Shown piece by piece: positions 15,292 through 28,900 of a DNA stretch of 64,000 bases. Position 1 is the stretch's first letter. Every line of letters starts with the position of its first letter. Location of the stretch: the NCBI GenBank assembly GCA_038496445.1, contig JALMLS010000329.1:186001-250000 (forward strand). Reading direction: 5' to 3'. Below the pieces are notes generated by a model. The model searched no databases and had not been told where the DNA came from. It saw only the letters and a program-made list of their open reading frames with translations. Both the position numbers and the translations under genes were made by a program. Source of the DNA: Trichosphaerium sp. ATCC 40318. Its lineage: Eukaryota > Protista > Tubulinea.

Positions 15292-17306
15292 ATGGGTAAT
15301 AACAGCAATAGAGATAGAATTGAATCAAATACGCAAGTGTGCGTTATTTCACCACCAGAGGGTATTGATAGCATTTTAAATAAGTGTTAATCGCAGTTTC
15401 AGACATTGACAGCGATGCTGAAGCTTCAATTTTTTCAAGTCTCCCAATGGAGTTGGTATTCATCATTTGGGAATACGTACCTACAGTAGAGCTTATAGAG
15501 AGTATGGTTCTTGTTTGTAAATGGTACATATTTTAAAACACAACGCAAACGGCGTTTTCGATGCCAAACAGGGCCCTTGGAGGTAAAAACCGTTATTAAT
15601 TATTAAAAAGGTGGCGTCTTGCAATTCTAGATACAAAAAGCGCTTGGAAGTATGTAATGGACCGTACGCTTGTTAAAACTGACGAAGTGAGTACCAACTT
15701 ATCCAGCGTTGTAGTGCTTGCAGGTTGCTAATCTTTTTTACTTTCTCAGGCGTTGTCAGTGCTCACAGCACAGTTCTACCACAAGAAGATATGGTCACTT
15801 CAACATTGCGTGTCATTGAGAGCTCGTGGGTTTACTTCTCTTTGTAAAAACGTCAGTACATTGAAAGTGCTTGGTAAGTTGAGCCTTTTTTTTCATTTGT
15901 ATGTTTCACTTTTTTTTTCTTGCTTGGTGTCTTCGTCCTCTTGGCATTTGCTTTTTTTTCGATTTGATAGTTCATAGATTAGCGTTTAATATTATTAGAT
16001 GTAACAGGTTGCATCTACTTTGACAATGAATGTCTCAAAGCAATAGTAACATCAAAGCATTGTTCTTCTTTGACATCTTTGCTCCTAGCAGGAACATCAA
16101 TAACATCTGATGGTATCATAACACTTACACAATGTGTAAACCTATCTACTCTAGGTACGTTATTATAGAAGCCGCTCGTGGCTCTTTTGACTAAACAAAA
16201 CTCATTTTTAGATCTACGAAGGGTTAAAAAAGAGCGTGTTGCAAACTATGATTTTTTAAACACATTGACAAGTCTCACTGATCTTGATATTACTAAGTAT
16301 AGCTATAATCCTGATTTCCAATGTGTAAGCAATCTTGTGAACTTGAAACGGCTTGCTGTAGATCCCACAATATCACCTATAAAACACTTGAAGAAACTTA
16401 CAAAGTTGGTACGTTTTTTCAGATATTGCTTCAACATATGTTGCTCTTCTTTCACCTCAACAGGGCACATATCAAAAACAATATCCTTGTCAATCATTCA
16501 ATACTTCCAAGTTTGTGTAAACATAACAAATCTGTAAAGACAAGAATCAACGGAAAAAAAACTATCACGTGATCGATAGTTTTTCTTTGCTTTTTCTTCT
16601 TGAAAATCATGTTTTTTGAAGTTTTGAGAAAAAAGCTAATAGGTTGATTTAAGAAAAGTCTTGGTACTATACAACTTGTATCATTTGATGATTTGGATAT
16701 TCTTACGGGGTTGCACACACTATGCGTAATCCGGCAATCAAATTCACAGTACGAAACATCAAATCTTGCTCTTGAAAAAAAAAAAAAAAAAAAAGGAAGA
16801 TTTCAGAATAAGTTCTTTTAGCCACTAACGCGGTTTTGATCTTAGTGTTTTGACAAGGCTTACTAAGATCAATGATTTATCTATACATTATAATGAAAAG
16901 TTAGGTGGACATATAAATAATAGCATGTACGTTGAAAACACAAAAGAAAGAACAAACTCAGAAAAAAAAAAATAAGCACCTTATTTCAATTTTTTGCTTG
17001 CGTCATTTTAACTCCTTCACAAGGAACCTTGATACACTATTTGGAGATATTCTACCTAAAATGGATAGATTAGAATCACTTGAGCTTATCAAATATAACA
17101 ACAGAATTCGCAACGATTTGTTTCCTAGTCTGAAAAAATTAGCTCCAAAGTTGGTACGTCAAAAATTAGTTACACTTTTTGTGTGTTGGTTGTAACTTTC
17201 TTTGAAGAGACACTTAAAAGCCCATGATGCATTCAACGATTCGTCTAATGGCAGATATATTAAAATACTAAGAAAAGTATCACCAGGAATTACAATAGAG
17301 TACTAG
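15292..17306 (+). CDS. F-box/LRR-repeat protein (possible N-myristoylation, MGNNS)
   Basis: F-box SSLPMELVFIIWEYV...MVLVCKWWR; LRRs LKVLDVTGC, LTSLLLAGTSIT, LTSLTDLDIT, LVNLKRLAV; stop TAG ending 17306. Confidence 0.8.
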
Positions 17307-17510
17307 ATAAACATACAACGACAACTGTAGATTAAACCAAAAAAAACCTAAGAAATAATTCATTTCATTGGCGTCATTATTCCTAGTTCAGTATTTTTTT
17401 ATTTTAACCCAACACAACATAAATCCAATTAGAGGTATACCAGCTTTGTAATTACCATTTTTCACGACAGTTGCTTTTCTTTAAAGTGATATTTTACACC
17501 AAAAAGGTTT

Positions 17511-19660
17511 TTATATAACAACGACGTTTGTTGTGTTGAGTGTACTTCCTGTTTTAAGTACAGAACCAGATGGTGTAGTTCCTTGAGAAGAATTTGTTGT
17601 TGATCCATCGCCAGTTGAGCTCTTTGCCCCACCTGGAATAGCTTTGATCATATAAATTTGTGCCTAAAACAAAGAGACAGTGGTCAATAGTTGTCAACAC
17701 AAGAAAAAAAAAAGACTTGTATACAGTTGTGTTATGTAGGAACGTACTATGTCCAGCCATGTTGTCAAAGTAAAGAATGAATACCAGATTAGTATATAAG
17801 GTACTGGATCGTTTGTCAAGTCTACAGCGAATAGTACAATAAACAATAGAACAAGGAAAAGGCCAGTTGCAAGAAATATAGTCCTCCTGAAGACCTATTA
17901 ATAATAAAAAATTAGAACCAGTCCGCGACCACAAACTAGGCAGTTTTTTTTGTTCAAGAATGACTTTGTATTTCAGAAAAACAAAGTTTCAGTTCGAACT
18001 AACTCAGATTCAAAAAAATTGTAAACTGTCCTTAGTAGTTACCTTTTTTGAAAGTCTGCGTGCATGGACATCATCAACACCATGTTTTAGCTTACTTGCA
18101 ATGATACCTGCAATTACGATACAATACACAAAAGAACCAAGAAGAGTAATTACCTAAAAAAAAACAAAACCAATCAATCAATGACATTCGTCTTTAAAAA
18201 CACCTCTAAGGCGCGAAAAGGAAAACATCCTTTTAACTTACTATTAAAGCTGATCCTATCAACCCCACTGCAGAAGAAAATAACCAGTTACCTGCTGCTT
18301 GTAAAAAGACAGCTACGAAAAGAATACCAATATAAACATAGAAAACATATTGCAATGTAGTTAGATATCTCCGAACTTTAAAGTCTTTTTTAACGAGAGT
18401 TTGATGCCTAATAATCACGTGTAAGGATATCATGTATTAAAAATCCTGTTTAATTATTACATACCAAAATAAGGCCTGTAGCATAGAACTTGCGAGTCTG
18501 TGTGAAGAAAATAAGAAACAAGTTACTTCGTTTAATCAAAAAAAACCAAACAATCTCTGAAACAACACCGGAATATTTACGCACGTGAAAGACAAGCTAA
18601 CCGGAAATGACATATCTATAACTCCGAACGGGTACACTTTCAAATAACCAACTGGATCAATACCTAAACTCAACGCAGTTAATTATCACAGTATTAAAAA
18701 AAGAAAGCAGTACCATGTATAATGAGTCTAGACCCAACAGCGAACGCTTCCAGTATCAAGCTGAGGAAAGGTACTGAAATAGTACACGATGTTCTAGCAT
18801 CCAACACGTACATACATATCCTAAAGTAGTACTGATATTAGCAATTGACTGCCGAAAAGAACAAAAAAAATTCAATCATATGAGTGAGTACACTTCTTAA
18901 AGGAACCTACTTTACTGCAACATATGCAAAAGCACCCAAGTTCATAGCTATTATAGTTATTTGCCAAACAATCATTCCTGGACTTTCGAAATGCTTGACC
19001 CAAGGGTTATCATCAGGTGATGAAGAAACGATAATAAATCCTTTAGATTCTACATATTCAAATGATAAATCAGAAGTCTCTATCTCAGCAACAGGTATCT
19101 ACAAGTATCACGCATTAATCTTTTGTCACGTGGTAGTATTTGTCACGTGGTAGTATTTTTTGGATCCAACCAACAAGTTCAGAAAACGAAAAAAAGTTCA
19201 GGAGAAATAAGGGTAAAACCACGTTTTTCTGTTCGTTTGTTACGCATACCAGTATATCACCTGTCATTGTATTTCTAATATACTCGCCTCTGCCTGGGTC
19301 CGAAGCTCGTATAAAAACCGCTACGGCACCTCTTCTTTGAAAGTCCAAAAGAATGGACTCTTGTGGCTCTTCACGTTTTTCCAATAGCACTATGTTACCT
19401 GGAACCGAAAAAAAAATTGGTTATTACAATTCTGGAGTGAATAACAGCGAGTTTCGATTTTTATTTTGAAGTTATGTACCGGAGGTGTTCTGTGACGCGC
19501 CAGTTACCATTGTGGCGTTCGAGAAAGACCACACCAAATTATTCTGTCCAAAATTTATTGGTGCCAAATGAATGTCATTAAGGGTGCTGTTGGCTCCTAG
19601 TTCGGAAAGGGTTGTGGCCACTGGGCTGATTAGCGCAAGTAGCGCAAGAAATACTATCAT
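17511..19660 (-). CDS. Signal peptide + PA-like domain + about 7 TM helices (receptor-like membrane protein)
   Basis: GNIVLLEK...FQRRGAVAVFI...IPVAEI (PA-like), DDNPW, then hydrophobic helices including GIDPVG and QALFWHQTL, and a Ser/Thr-rich tail. Confidence 0.6.
19123..19156. repeat. Perfect 17-bp tandem duplication TTGTCACGTGGTAGTAT x2 inside an intron
   Basis: Read directly from the sequence. Confidence 0.95.
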
Positions 19661-19983
19661 TTTTACTGCTAGCAGGTTGTCCACAACCAGCACTCGAGTT
19701 GAACGTTAAAACTAGATAAAAAAAACAAAAAAGTCAGCTATGGTATTTAATTAAAACTTGGACCGTTTTCGCCTTTACATCCTCACGACGACACGTGCCC
19801 ACGTATGCGTTTTAGTGTTTTTTCTGATTTTCACAACTTTCACATTGGGGAACCACATGGTTTTTGAGACTCGTCGACAATTCTGCTCTACTTTTTTTTG
19901 AAACGAAATCACGTGATAATAGAAAAATAAAAAAGAACAAAAAAAAAATTGGATCCAGTGTTTATTTTTTGTACATTACACAT

Positions 19984-22900
19984 TTATCTTTTGGTTTTGC
20001 TCACGGTCGTCCAACCATCATTGCCAGAATCTTGCTTGTTGTTGCTGCCTCCAGAACGAGGTGCATCACGTCTTTGTGGTTCGCGTCGGTCACCACCTCT
20101 GTCACCTCCTCTCCATGAGTTAGGTTCTCCACCACCGCCGCCGTAACGTCTTTGGTTAGCTAGTGAAAACAGTCAATAACAAACAAAATAAAAGAGGTAA
20201 AATATCACTATTTAACAGTGCAAAGGCTTCACACCAACACCAGACACCAAAAAGTTTTTAGGGTTCAAACAAAGCGCAACAAAAATAAGTGAAAGCGTAC
20301 GTTCAGGGCGTCTGGCAGGAGGTCCACGCCGCCAGCCATCATCGCCACCTCTAGGTGGTCCATCGCGACGTGGTGGTCCATCTCTACGTGGTGGGCCATC
20401 TCTGCGTGGTGGGCCGTCTCTGCGTGGAGGTGGTCCATCTCTGCGAGCTGGAGCGCCACTGCGTCTCCATGGGCCATCATCACTTCTTGGAGGTGGTCCA
20501 TCACGACGAGGTCCGCGAGGGTCTTCTCTTCTAGGAGGTTCGCGACGAGCAGGAGCACCACCGCGTCTCCATGGGCCTTCGTCACTTGGAGGAGGTCCGC
20601 GAGGATCATCCCTAGGTCCTCTAGGAGGTCCACGAGGATCATCTCTAGGTCCGCCTCTGCCAAAGTCTCTTGGAGGAGGTCCATCCCTTCTGTAGTCTCT
20701 TCTAGGAGGTTCGCGGCGAGCAGGAGCGCCACCACGTCTCCATGGGCCTTCATCACTTGGAGCAGGTCCTCGAGGCTCTTCTCTTCTAGGAGGCTCACGA
20801 CGAGCAGGAGCGCCACCACGTCTCCATGGACCTTCGTCACTTGGAGGTGGTCCGCGAGGATCATCCCTAGGTCCTCTAGGAGGTCCACGAGGATCGTCTC
20901 TAGGTCCTCTTGGTGGTGGTCTATCGCCCCATCTACGTTCTTCTCTTGGAGGAGGTCCACGAGGATCACGAGGATCACCACGAGGATCACGCATATCTCT
21001 AGGACCACGTGGCTCATCACGGCGCCATGCATCACGCTCTCTGCCTGCTCTTGGGTCGGCTGGCATTCCTGGGTTTCTACGTGGTGCTGCACTCTTACGC
21101 CACTGGTTATCTTCATCAGCAGCAGTAAGCTCTTGGTTTTGACCATAAAGGTTCTCTGCAGCACGGCCTGTACGACCAGGTGGGAGCTGTTTCTTTGGTT
21201 CTTGTGCTACTCCGTAGTTTCCTGCACTGCTTGGGTTCATCATAGCAGGTGGAGCCACTATTTGATAACGTGTTAGTAAGAAATGATGGGAACTGTTTTC
21301 TGAAAAAAATTATTCAAAAAAAGGTGCAAAGGGCTCGTACTTATATCCTTCTTTGGTGCTTTGACTGGAGCTCTTACAGGTTCTGGTTTACGTTCAGGAA
21401 CACGCTCTGGTTGAGGTGCGCGTTCAACAGGTTTTTTAACAGGTGTAGGCTCAGCCTTCTTTGGTTTGTTCTTATTACGCTCAGCACGCTCTGCCATCAA
21501 CTGTTTTACTTGTTCATCACGTTCTGCCTTACGGGCTTCATAGTCCTTTCTACGACGTGCCATAACAATCTCTTTGTATGCATCAGCATCGTTTTGTGCA
21601 TTTGCGAAACGTTGCTTTTCTTGAACTTCACGTTCATGGGCAGCACGATGTTTTTGCAAAAACAGCTAAAAATAAAACTTAGTTTCGAAGAATGGTAAAA
21701 AAAAAAGAAAAGTTTGTCTTTGACTTACGTCGCGTTGTTTCTCCCAGTATTTTTGGTCTTCTTCTTTTTTAGCATCGTATTGTTTCTTCAATAATGGAAT
21801 TTCAGCTTCACGTACAGCACGTGTCTAATAAAAGTATTAGTAAAGTCAACAAAAAAAAAATCAAAAATTTATTGTACCATATGCTCCATGCGTAATTCAA
21901 TGCCATTCAATTTATTCAAGAAGTTTCTTCTCTCTTCTTCTAATTTAGCAATTTGTTTATCAACAAAGTCCTTAGCATCCAATTGACCGCTTTGGTATAA
22001 ATCTTCCAATACCTTATCGCCCTTACCAGCTAATTGAAACAAAAATCAGTTTCCATCCAAAAAAAAAAAAAATCAAAAAAAGAAGTTTTGACATACCTGC
22101 TTTGGTCTTTGCCATGACATACTCAGCGACAGCCTTACTCTCAGCTTTTTGCATTTGTTGTCTAAGAACCTTACGCTTTTGTTCTTTTCTTTCACGCTCT
22201 TTTTGTTGTTGTAGCTTGGCTGCAAGTTCTTTTTGTTCTTTTTCTCTCTTTGAGATGATTTGCTCTTTGCGCTTCTTTTCTTTTTTCTATTTTTGAAAAA
22301 AACCATTCATCAGCAAACAAACCTCCATAACGAAAGAAGATATCGTTCAAAAAAAAAATGTTTGAAGAAATTTTTTTGGATTTTGAAACAAAAACCAAGT
22401 CAGAGTAACTATGACGTTAGATCATCATAATTAGCAGTGCAAATGTCCCAAATAACTTGGGTAGCAACTGCGCAGAACATTTTAGGATCATCATGTCAAA
22501 CAGAAAAAAAATAACCGAGCAACAATGCCGGCAATGAAGCTCAACAGATATTTTGAAAAAACGAACCTCTTGAGCTTCTAGGTCTTGCTTCCTCTTTTCA
22601 ATCAATTCAGAGCGCTTCAACATACGTTGGTGCTCCTCTTCCATTTCAACAGCGAGCTACAGAAAGAGTTTAGAACCAAGACTTTGATTCAGTGAAATCG
22701 CCTTTAAAAAAAAAAACGAACCTGTGCGAGCATCTTTTCTTTCTCTTGAAGACGTTGTGCGGCAGTAGAAGGTTCAATGAGGTCGCAAATATCAGCAAGT
22801 GTGCTCGAGACATCAGTTAGTCTACTACTGATGCTCATAGCTACAGCAGTGACAGGTCTGAACTTCAAGATACCACTCTTGTAATCGATACTACATCCAA

Positions 22901-25290
22901 GTTTATTCTTGCTCAACATCTAAAAAATAGCGAATTAGCACAAAACAAGTGATACTTCTATCCACAATTTGTTTTGACTGTACGTACTTGGACAAGACGA
23001 CGCTCTACCTCGCCGGTAGGCAAGAAATCAAAGAGCTTATGAAATCGGTCAAGCTTCAATGTTTGAAATACAGTAGACAACTGACGGACAGTTTTTGTGA
23101 AACCAGAGTTCAAAATGACTTCAGCGTATTTTGCAATACTAGGTTTAGATTTGATAAAAGCTAGTTTGTCTGACAGCTTCTGAGGGATATCCATAGGTGC
23201 GAATTCGTCTCCAAGCAACTCAAGTAATCCTTTAAGTTCAGGGAAGATATAAGCTTCAACATCTTTGATTTTCTACGCGATCATGTAAGCATACAATTCA
23301 ATGAAAAAAATGCATTTCCCAACAAAAAAAAAGTTGTAGTCGTACCAAGTCATGTAATAATTCAACTTTAGATTTGATGCCTTCCTTGTATCTTACAAGA
23401 AGAGAACCCATACGAACATTACGTTCTCTTTCTAGATCATATTTGAATACATATCTTTTTTCTTCTGTAGTACGATCAGGAGAGCAAATGTAAGACAAGT
23501 AATAGCAAGAAGCAGATCTTAAAAAAAAAGTCAGAAACAGAATGGAGATGAAAAAAAAAGTCAAAATCTCTTACACTAGCATCTCGTTTTGCCAGTTTTC
23601 CTCAAGTTGTTTAAGTTCCTGTGCCAAAAGGGCAGATTGAAGAGGTTTATCAACTTCTTCTTTTGGTTGTTCAACAACTGGTGTTTCTCCTGCTTCTTTT
23701 GCCATCTCAGCGGCTTCTTTTGCCTCTTCTTCTTTACGTAGCTTATCTGCTGCTTCCTTTTCCTTAGCAGCCTTGATTTGAGACCTCAATTTCTGGAAAA
23801 GAAAAACGTTAATAAGAAATTTCTGCGACTTATTCTGAAAAACGTCATAAATTGGCTTGTCAGCACTGTACCTGACCAGTGGCATCATTTGCAAGTAGCT
23901 TAATCTCCCAGAATTTACTGGAAGCATTACAATGGAACAAGTGGTTACCAGAAAGCCAGTAAATGCCAGCTAATTGTGAGAAATATTCAGCAAGGATACC
24001 ATCATCTGGCATTTCTTTAGAAAGGCTCATTAGTCCTTTAATATCCTCAACTGAGCGGTAAACCTCTTGCCAAAGCTGCAACTCGCTAAAAAAACCAATC
24101 ATTAGATCACGTAAACATTTACTCGCTACACGTTAGCACACGCGTAGCGATATGAAGAATTTTTAACCAAAAACGAACCTAGCTGTCTTGAGTTGAACCA
24201 AGCGAATGCTAAGAAGTGTTTCCAAGTCGCTTTTGTTCTCAACGTTTACTACATTTTGTGTTTTCGTTGTTTTTGTCAAAGACGTCAAGTGATTTCTGAG
24301 CAAATCTGAAAGTCTTCTAAATTCTAATGTACGCTCGTATTTTTTACAATAAGCAAATGCGCGCAAAGCTGTAGCCTAGTGAGGAAAAAGAAATCAGTAC
24401 AAATCCAAAAAAAATAAAAAAGGAAAATCGCTTGTATCCACGTCGTTGTTATTGTTGAATGCGTACTTTGTATACGTGCAATAGCTTTGCGTTATATTTT
24501 AGCACTTCAAGTACAGTTCTGTATGAAGACCATAAAAAGTTCAACCAAGGGTGTACAAGCTCTCTATACAGGTATTCATTAGTATTGACGCATGAATCAC
24601 GAGTATAGCGGCAATCATTTGTCTAAGGTTTTCTGATCAAATAGACTCACCTTTGAACGCGCTCGTCTGGTGTTTCACCTTGTGCGAGCAAGAGGAAGCT
24701 GATTTCATCAGAAATCTGTTAAAAAAAAATAGTTTAGCGCGAGAGTTTTTTATAATTTTACTGTGCGACGTACTGGTCCAGCAGTAAGCTCAGAGATTGT
24801 CTTAGCTGCAAGAGCCTCATTTTTCCTTTTTAAGAGTCAATAAAACCCACCAGTGACATTTCGTACGTCAAAGCTCTCTCCGATCGATCAATTACACGAT
24901 TTACTACTTTTTCAAGGGAATTTGGCTTGTTTGCTTGTGCTAGGTTGCGGAAATGGTGCAAACCCTCCTTGATTTTCTTCTGGTTTTGCTGTTCGATACA
25001 TATCTCTGCGAACCTGAGCATACAACCTTCAATGTTCTTGTTCCACACAACCCTGTTTCTTTTGTTTCCACGGTACGCAATGACCGAGTAAAGTGTGGAA
25101 ATAGCCTCTTCATAGCGCTCGAGCTTGTAAAACTCTACCAAGTACATCAGCAACAGATCATCCAGCGCGCCTCCACGCCCATTTTTTCATTGTATAAAAC
25201 GTATGTGGGCGGAAATGTAATCAAATACATACCTTCAGCGCGTTTGAGTGCGTTTTCTCTTCCGTGTTGGTAATAGCCTAAGTGACTCAT
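19984..25290 (-). CDS. EIF3A: Eukaryotic translation initiation factor 3 subunit A
   Basis: ENALKRAEE, KEGLHHFRN, PWLNFLWSSYRTVLEVLKYN, AFAYCKKYERTLEFRRLSDLLRNHL, ELQLWQEVYRSVEDI, RAVREAEIPLL and C-terminal DEGPWRRG/RDGPP repeats; about 16 exons. Confidence 0.95.
20300..21050 (-). repeat. eIF3a C-terminal Arg/Gly/Pro/Asp repeats with DNA-level internal duplications
   Basis: Three near-identical SDEGPWRRGGAPARREPPRR blocks plus RDGPP units. Confidence 0.9.
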
Positions 25291-25662
25291 TTTTTATGAT
25301 GTTTATACGGTAACGATGAAATACAAGAGAAAGACAGGCCCTTCAAGGCCACTTCAATCTTGGGCTTGTTTTTCTTCAATTTCTCCTAGTTTTTCTCACC
25401 GGCGGTCAACACCAAAGGATTTCTACCAAAAATGCATTTTTGCAATGTATTAGCCTGTGGTTGATCATATGGTGTACGAGGTTGATACATAGTACTCTAT
25501 ACCACCATCATACGTTTAGGGTATTTTTACCGGTTAACACGTTGACGACTTTAACTGTCAAGCAACACAAACGCAACACGGTTAAAGGGCGAAAGTTCGC
25601 AGTTGTACTGGCACTGTCAGTTAAAATTATTGAAAATCACTAAATTTCGTTACGGTGACATA

Positions 25663-25693
25663 GAAGGTTCTAGAAACAGCTTCTAGAACCTTC
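25663..25693. promoter_or_regulatory. Perfect 13-bp inverted repeat made of two 3-unit heat shock elements, in the eIF3a/XPO1 divergent promoter
   Basis: GAAGGTTCTAGAA-ACAGC-TTCTAGAACCTTC matches nGAAnnTTCnnGAAn and its inverse. Confidence 0.6.
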
Positions 25694-25957
25694 CATTGAG
25701 CTTAATAATCACCATTCAACTACGTCAAGCATACACAGAACTAGTTAAGGCTCTAAAACCGCGTTTGGCAAAATTACATCGTACAAGCGAAACTCTTTAA
25801 AAAACCACCTCACATAGCGTACTTGTCTTAAATGCTCGCCTCACAGAGAGTGACACCCGCGTCAAATGATTTCTTCAAAAGCAAACATTTTTCAGACACT
25901 TTGAAGCGCCAAACTCCACACGCATCTCAAGCGATAAGTAGAACCACTACCTACACT

Positions 25958-28900
25958 ATGGAGGCTTTACTCGATTTCTCGCGCCCATTGAACCTGCAGC
26001 TGTTAGATCAAGTTTGTAAGACGTTAATGTTACCTACGGGTAACGTTAACCATCAAATGGTAAGTACAAATTAATTTGCACGGTATTGGCCCGACCTTCT
26101 AGAAGCTTCTAAAACTTCCACTAAAAAATTATGCAGTTAGCAAATGCTAGTGGCGTATTGGATAAGTTCAAATCGCACCCGCAGGCATGGAAAAAAGTTG
26201 ATACAATGCTTTCCCATTCAAACAGCCCGTACACCCATTATTTCGCTCTACAAATATTAGAGGTGCTCATTAAAACACGTTGGGCCGCATTACAACGCAG
26301 TGACGCCAATGCTATCCGAGGTTTTCTTGTGAGTTCGATCTTGAACTTTGCGAGCACGCAGGAGAGACGAAGGCAAAATCAAATGGTATTGAGAAAGTTA
26401 AATGCCACATTGGTAGAGGTAGGCGTTAAATCCGCGTACTATGTACAACTTTGATTAATTACTATCCTAGATGATCAAAAAAGATTGGCCGCATCACTGG
26501 GGCACCTTTGTAGACGAACTCATCACATCAAGTCAATCGAACGGAGCTGTATGCACTAATAACTTGTCCATACTCAAAATCTTAAGGTAAAACCAACTAG
26601 ACAACAAACCAGACGAAGAATATTTGAATTTTTTCTTGATTTCCCGCTGAACGGCCGAAAATTTTTCGATTTTTTCGTTTTTTTCGGTTTTTTTTTTTGA
26701 CGTGTTATTAAATGTCTCTAAATTGGTTTTGTTATATAGTGAGGAAGTATTCGATTTTTCACGTGGTAACATGACACAAGCAAAGATTTTGGGTCTTAAG
26801 AAGCAATTCACTACTGAATTCTCAAAGATTTATCAGCTTATCCAAGTTGTACTAAATAGTAGCACTGATGAAGAACTTGCGTTCTCTGGATTAGAAGCCT
26901 TTGAACAATTCCTCGGTTGGGTCCCTCTGGGTTATGTTTTTGAGACCAACATACTCGTTGTCATTGCGAATAAGGTTAGTTTATTTTTTTGCTTTTTTTT
27001 TTTTTTGACATGTTGGTGTCTTTGCTTGTAATGAATCTTATGTATTCCTTTTTAGTATCTTGCTAGCTCTGTTCCTAAATTTCGAGTCCAAGGGTTGCGG
27101 TGTTTGTCTGAAGTCGCCTCCTTGGAGGTAAACGGCCGTGATGAACAGTTTTTGGCATTGTTCATGACTACGCTCAGTCAAATACAACAGTTCTTGCCAC
27201 CAACTGAGGGTCCGTGTCTTTTCTTAATTATTCTGTTTTCATTTGTGAGGTTGCGTTTAATATCCTACTAGATTTTGCTAGATTATACGCAGCACAAGCT
27301 GATCCTAACAATGACTATGATGTCCACTTATTTATTCATACATTATGTATATTTTTGACGACTTTCTTTGCAAAGCACTTGCAAGTGCTTGAGGGCGCTC
27401 CTGATAAGGCTGCTCTTCTTATGGGTCATCAATACCTTGTCAATATTTCTCAAATCGATGATGATAATTTACAAATGACATGCTTGGCGTACTGGCATAA
27501 ACTCGTACGTGGCTGCGTTTTTGTTTTTTTTTTTCAAAAGTGTATTTGTTTGTTTAACAACTAATTTTCTTTTCGATTAGTTGTCTTCTCTTTACCATGA
27601 AGCACCACCACCACAAAGTTCAATAGGTTCAACACTTATGCTTGGCAGTCCTGGACCAGTTCAGACACCTCGTAGACAATTTTACGCTCCAATACTTAGT
27701 AGATTGCGTTCGGCTATTATTATGAACATGGCAAAGCCAGAAGAAGTTCTTGTTGTGGAGGATGAAAATGGTCATGTTGTACGCGAAGTTGTCAAGAACT
27801 CAACAACACTTGAGCGATACCTTATCCAAAAGTATGTCTTATTATCATGTTTCCTTCGGTCGGTAGTAACCTTTGTTTTTGATTGTTTGTTTTAGGCAAA
27901 CCCTTGTTTTTTTGACTCACTTGAATTATGAAGATACACAAGAGCAAATGCTTGGAAGATTGAATAGACAGGTGGATGTTTCTGAATGGAGCAGAACACG
28001 CCTTAACACACTTTGCTGGGCTATGGGGTCTATTGCTGGTGCCTTGAGTAAGTTGCCTTAACAATCAACTTGTTTATTTGTTTTTTCTCTTGATTCTTTC
28101 TGTATTCTCGTATTGATATTTGTATGTAGCGGAGGACATGGAAAAGCGATTTTTGGTGACTGTCATTAAAGGTATTGATCTAGATTGATGGAGTTTTTTA
28201 TTTTTTCTGATTTTTGTTGCTTTTTTGTTGTTCTGCTTATTCGTCTTCTTCTTTTTGCGGTCCTTTAACACTGTGTTGTTTAGAGTTGCTTGGTCTTTGT
28301 GAATTGAAACGTGGTAAAGATAATAAAGCAGTTATTGCTAGTAACATTATGTACATTGTTGGTCAATACCCAAGGTATGCTATTTTTTATTTTTTACTTT
28401 TTGACTTGTTGAAAGATGTTTCTTTCTTTTTTTTTCATGTCGCGTGCTAATGAACATCTCTAGATTTTTGCAAGCCCATTGGAAATTTTTGAGGACTGTA
28501 GTAAGTAAATTATTTGAGTTTATGCACGAAACACATCCTGGTGTACAAGATATGGTACGGTTAATCTTTTCCAATTTTTTGGTTTTTTTTGTTTTATTTT
28601 TTTGATGGTTTGTATGCTGTTTCTTTCGACTAACGAGAACTAAATAGGCATGTGACACATTCTTAAAAATAGCAAAGCGATGCAGACAAAGATTCGTAAA
28701 CTTGCAGGTGGCCGAGACCCAACCTTTTATTTATGAAATTATCGAAATGATTGGTCCTCTCTGTACTGATCTAGAACCAAGCCAAACACATACCTTCTTT
28801 GAGGCTCTAGGATGGATGATTTCTGCCCAGAAAAACCCTGCACAATGCGAAGAGCTTGTGCACAAGTCTATGGCGTTCCCTAACCAACAGGTAAGCATCA

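Noticed and set aside
20265-21164. 299-aa alternative-frame ORF
   Set aside because: Shadow of the eIF3a repeat region.
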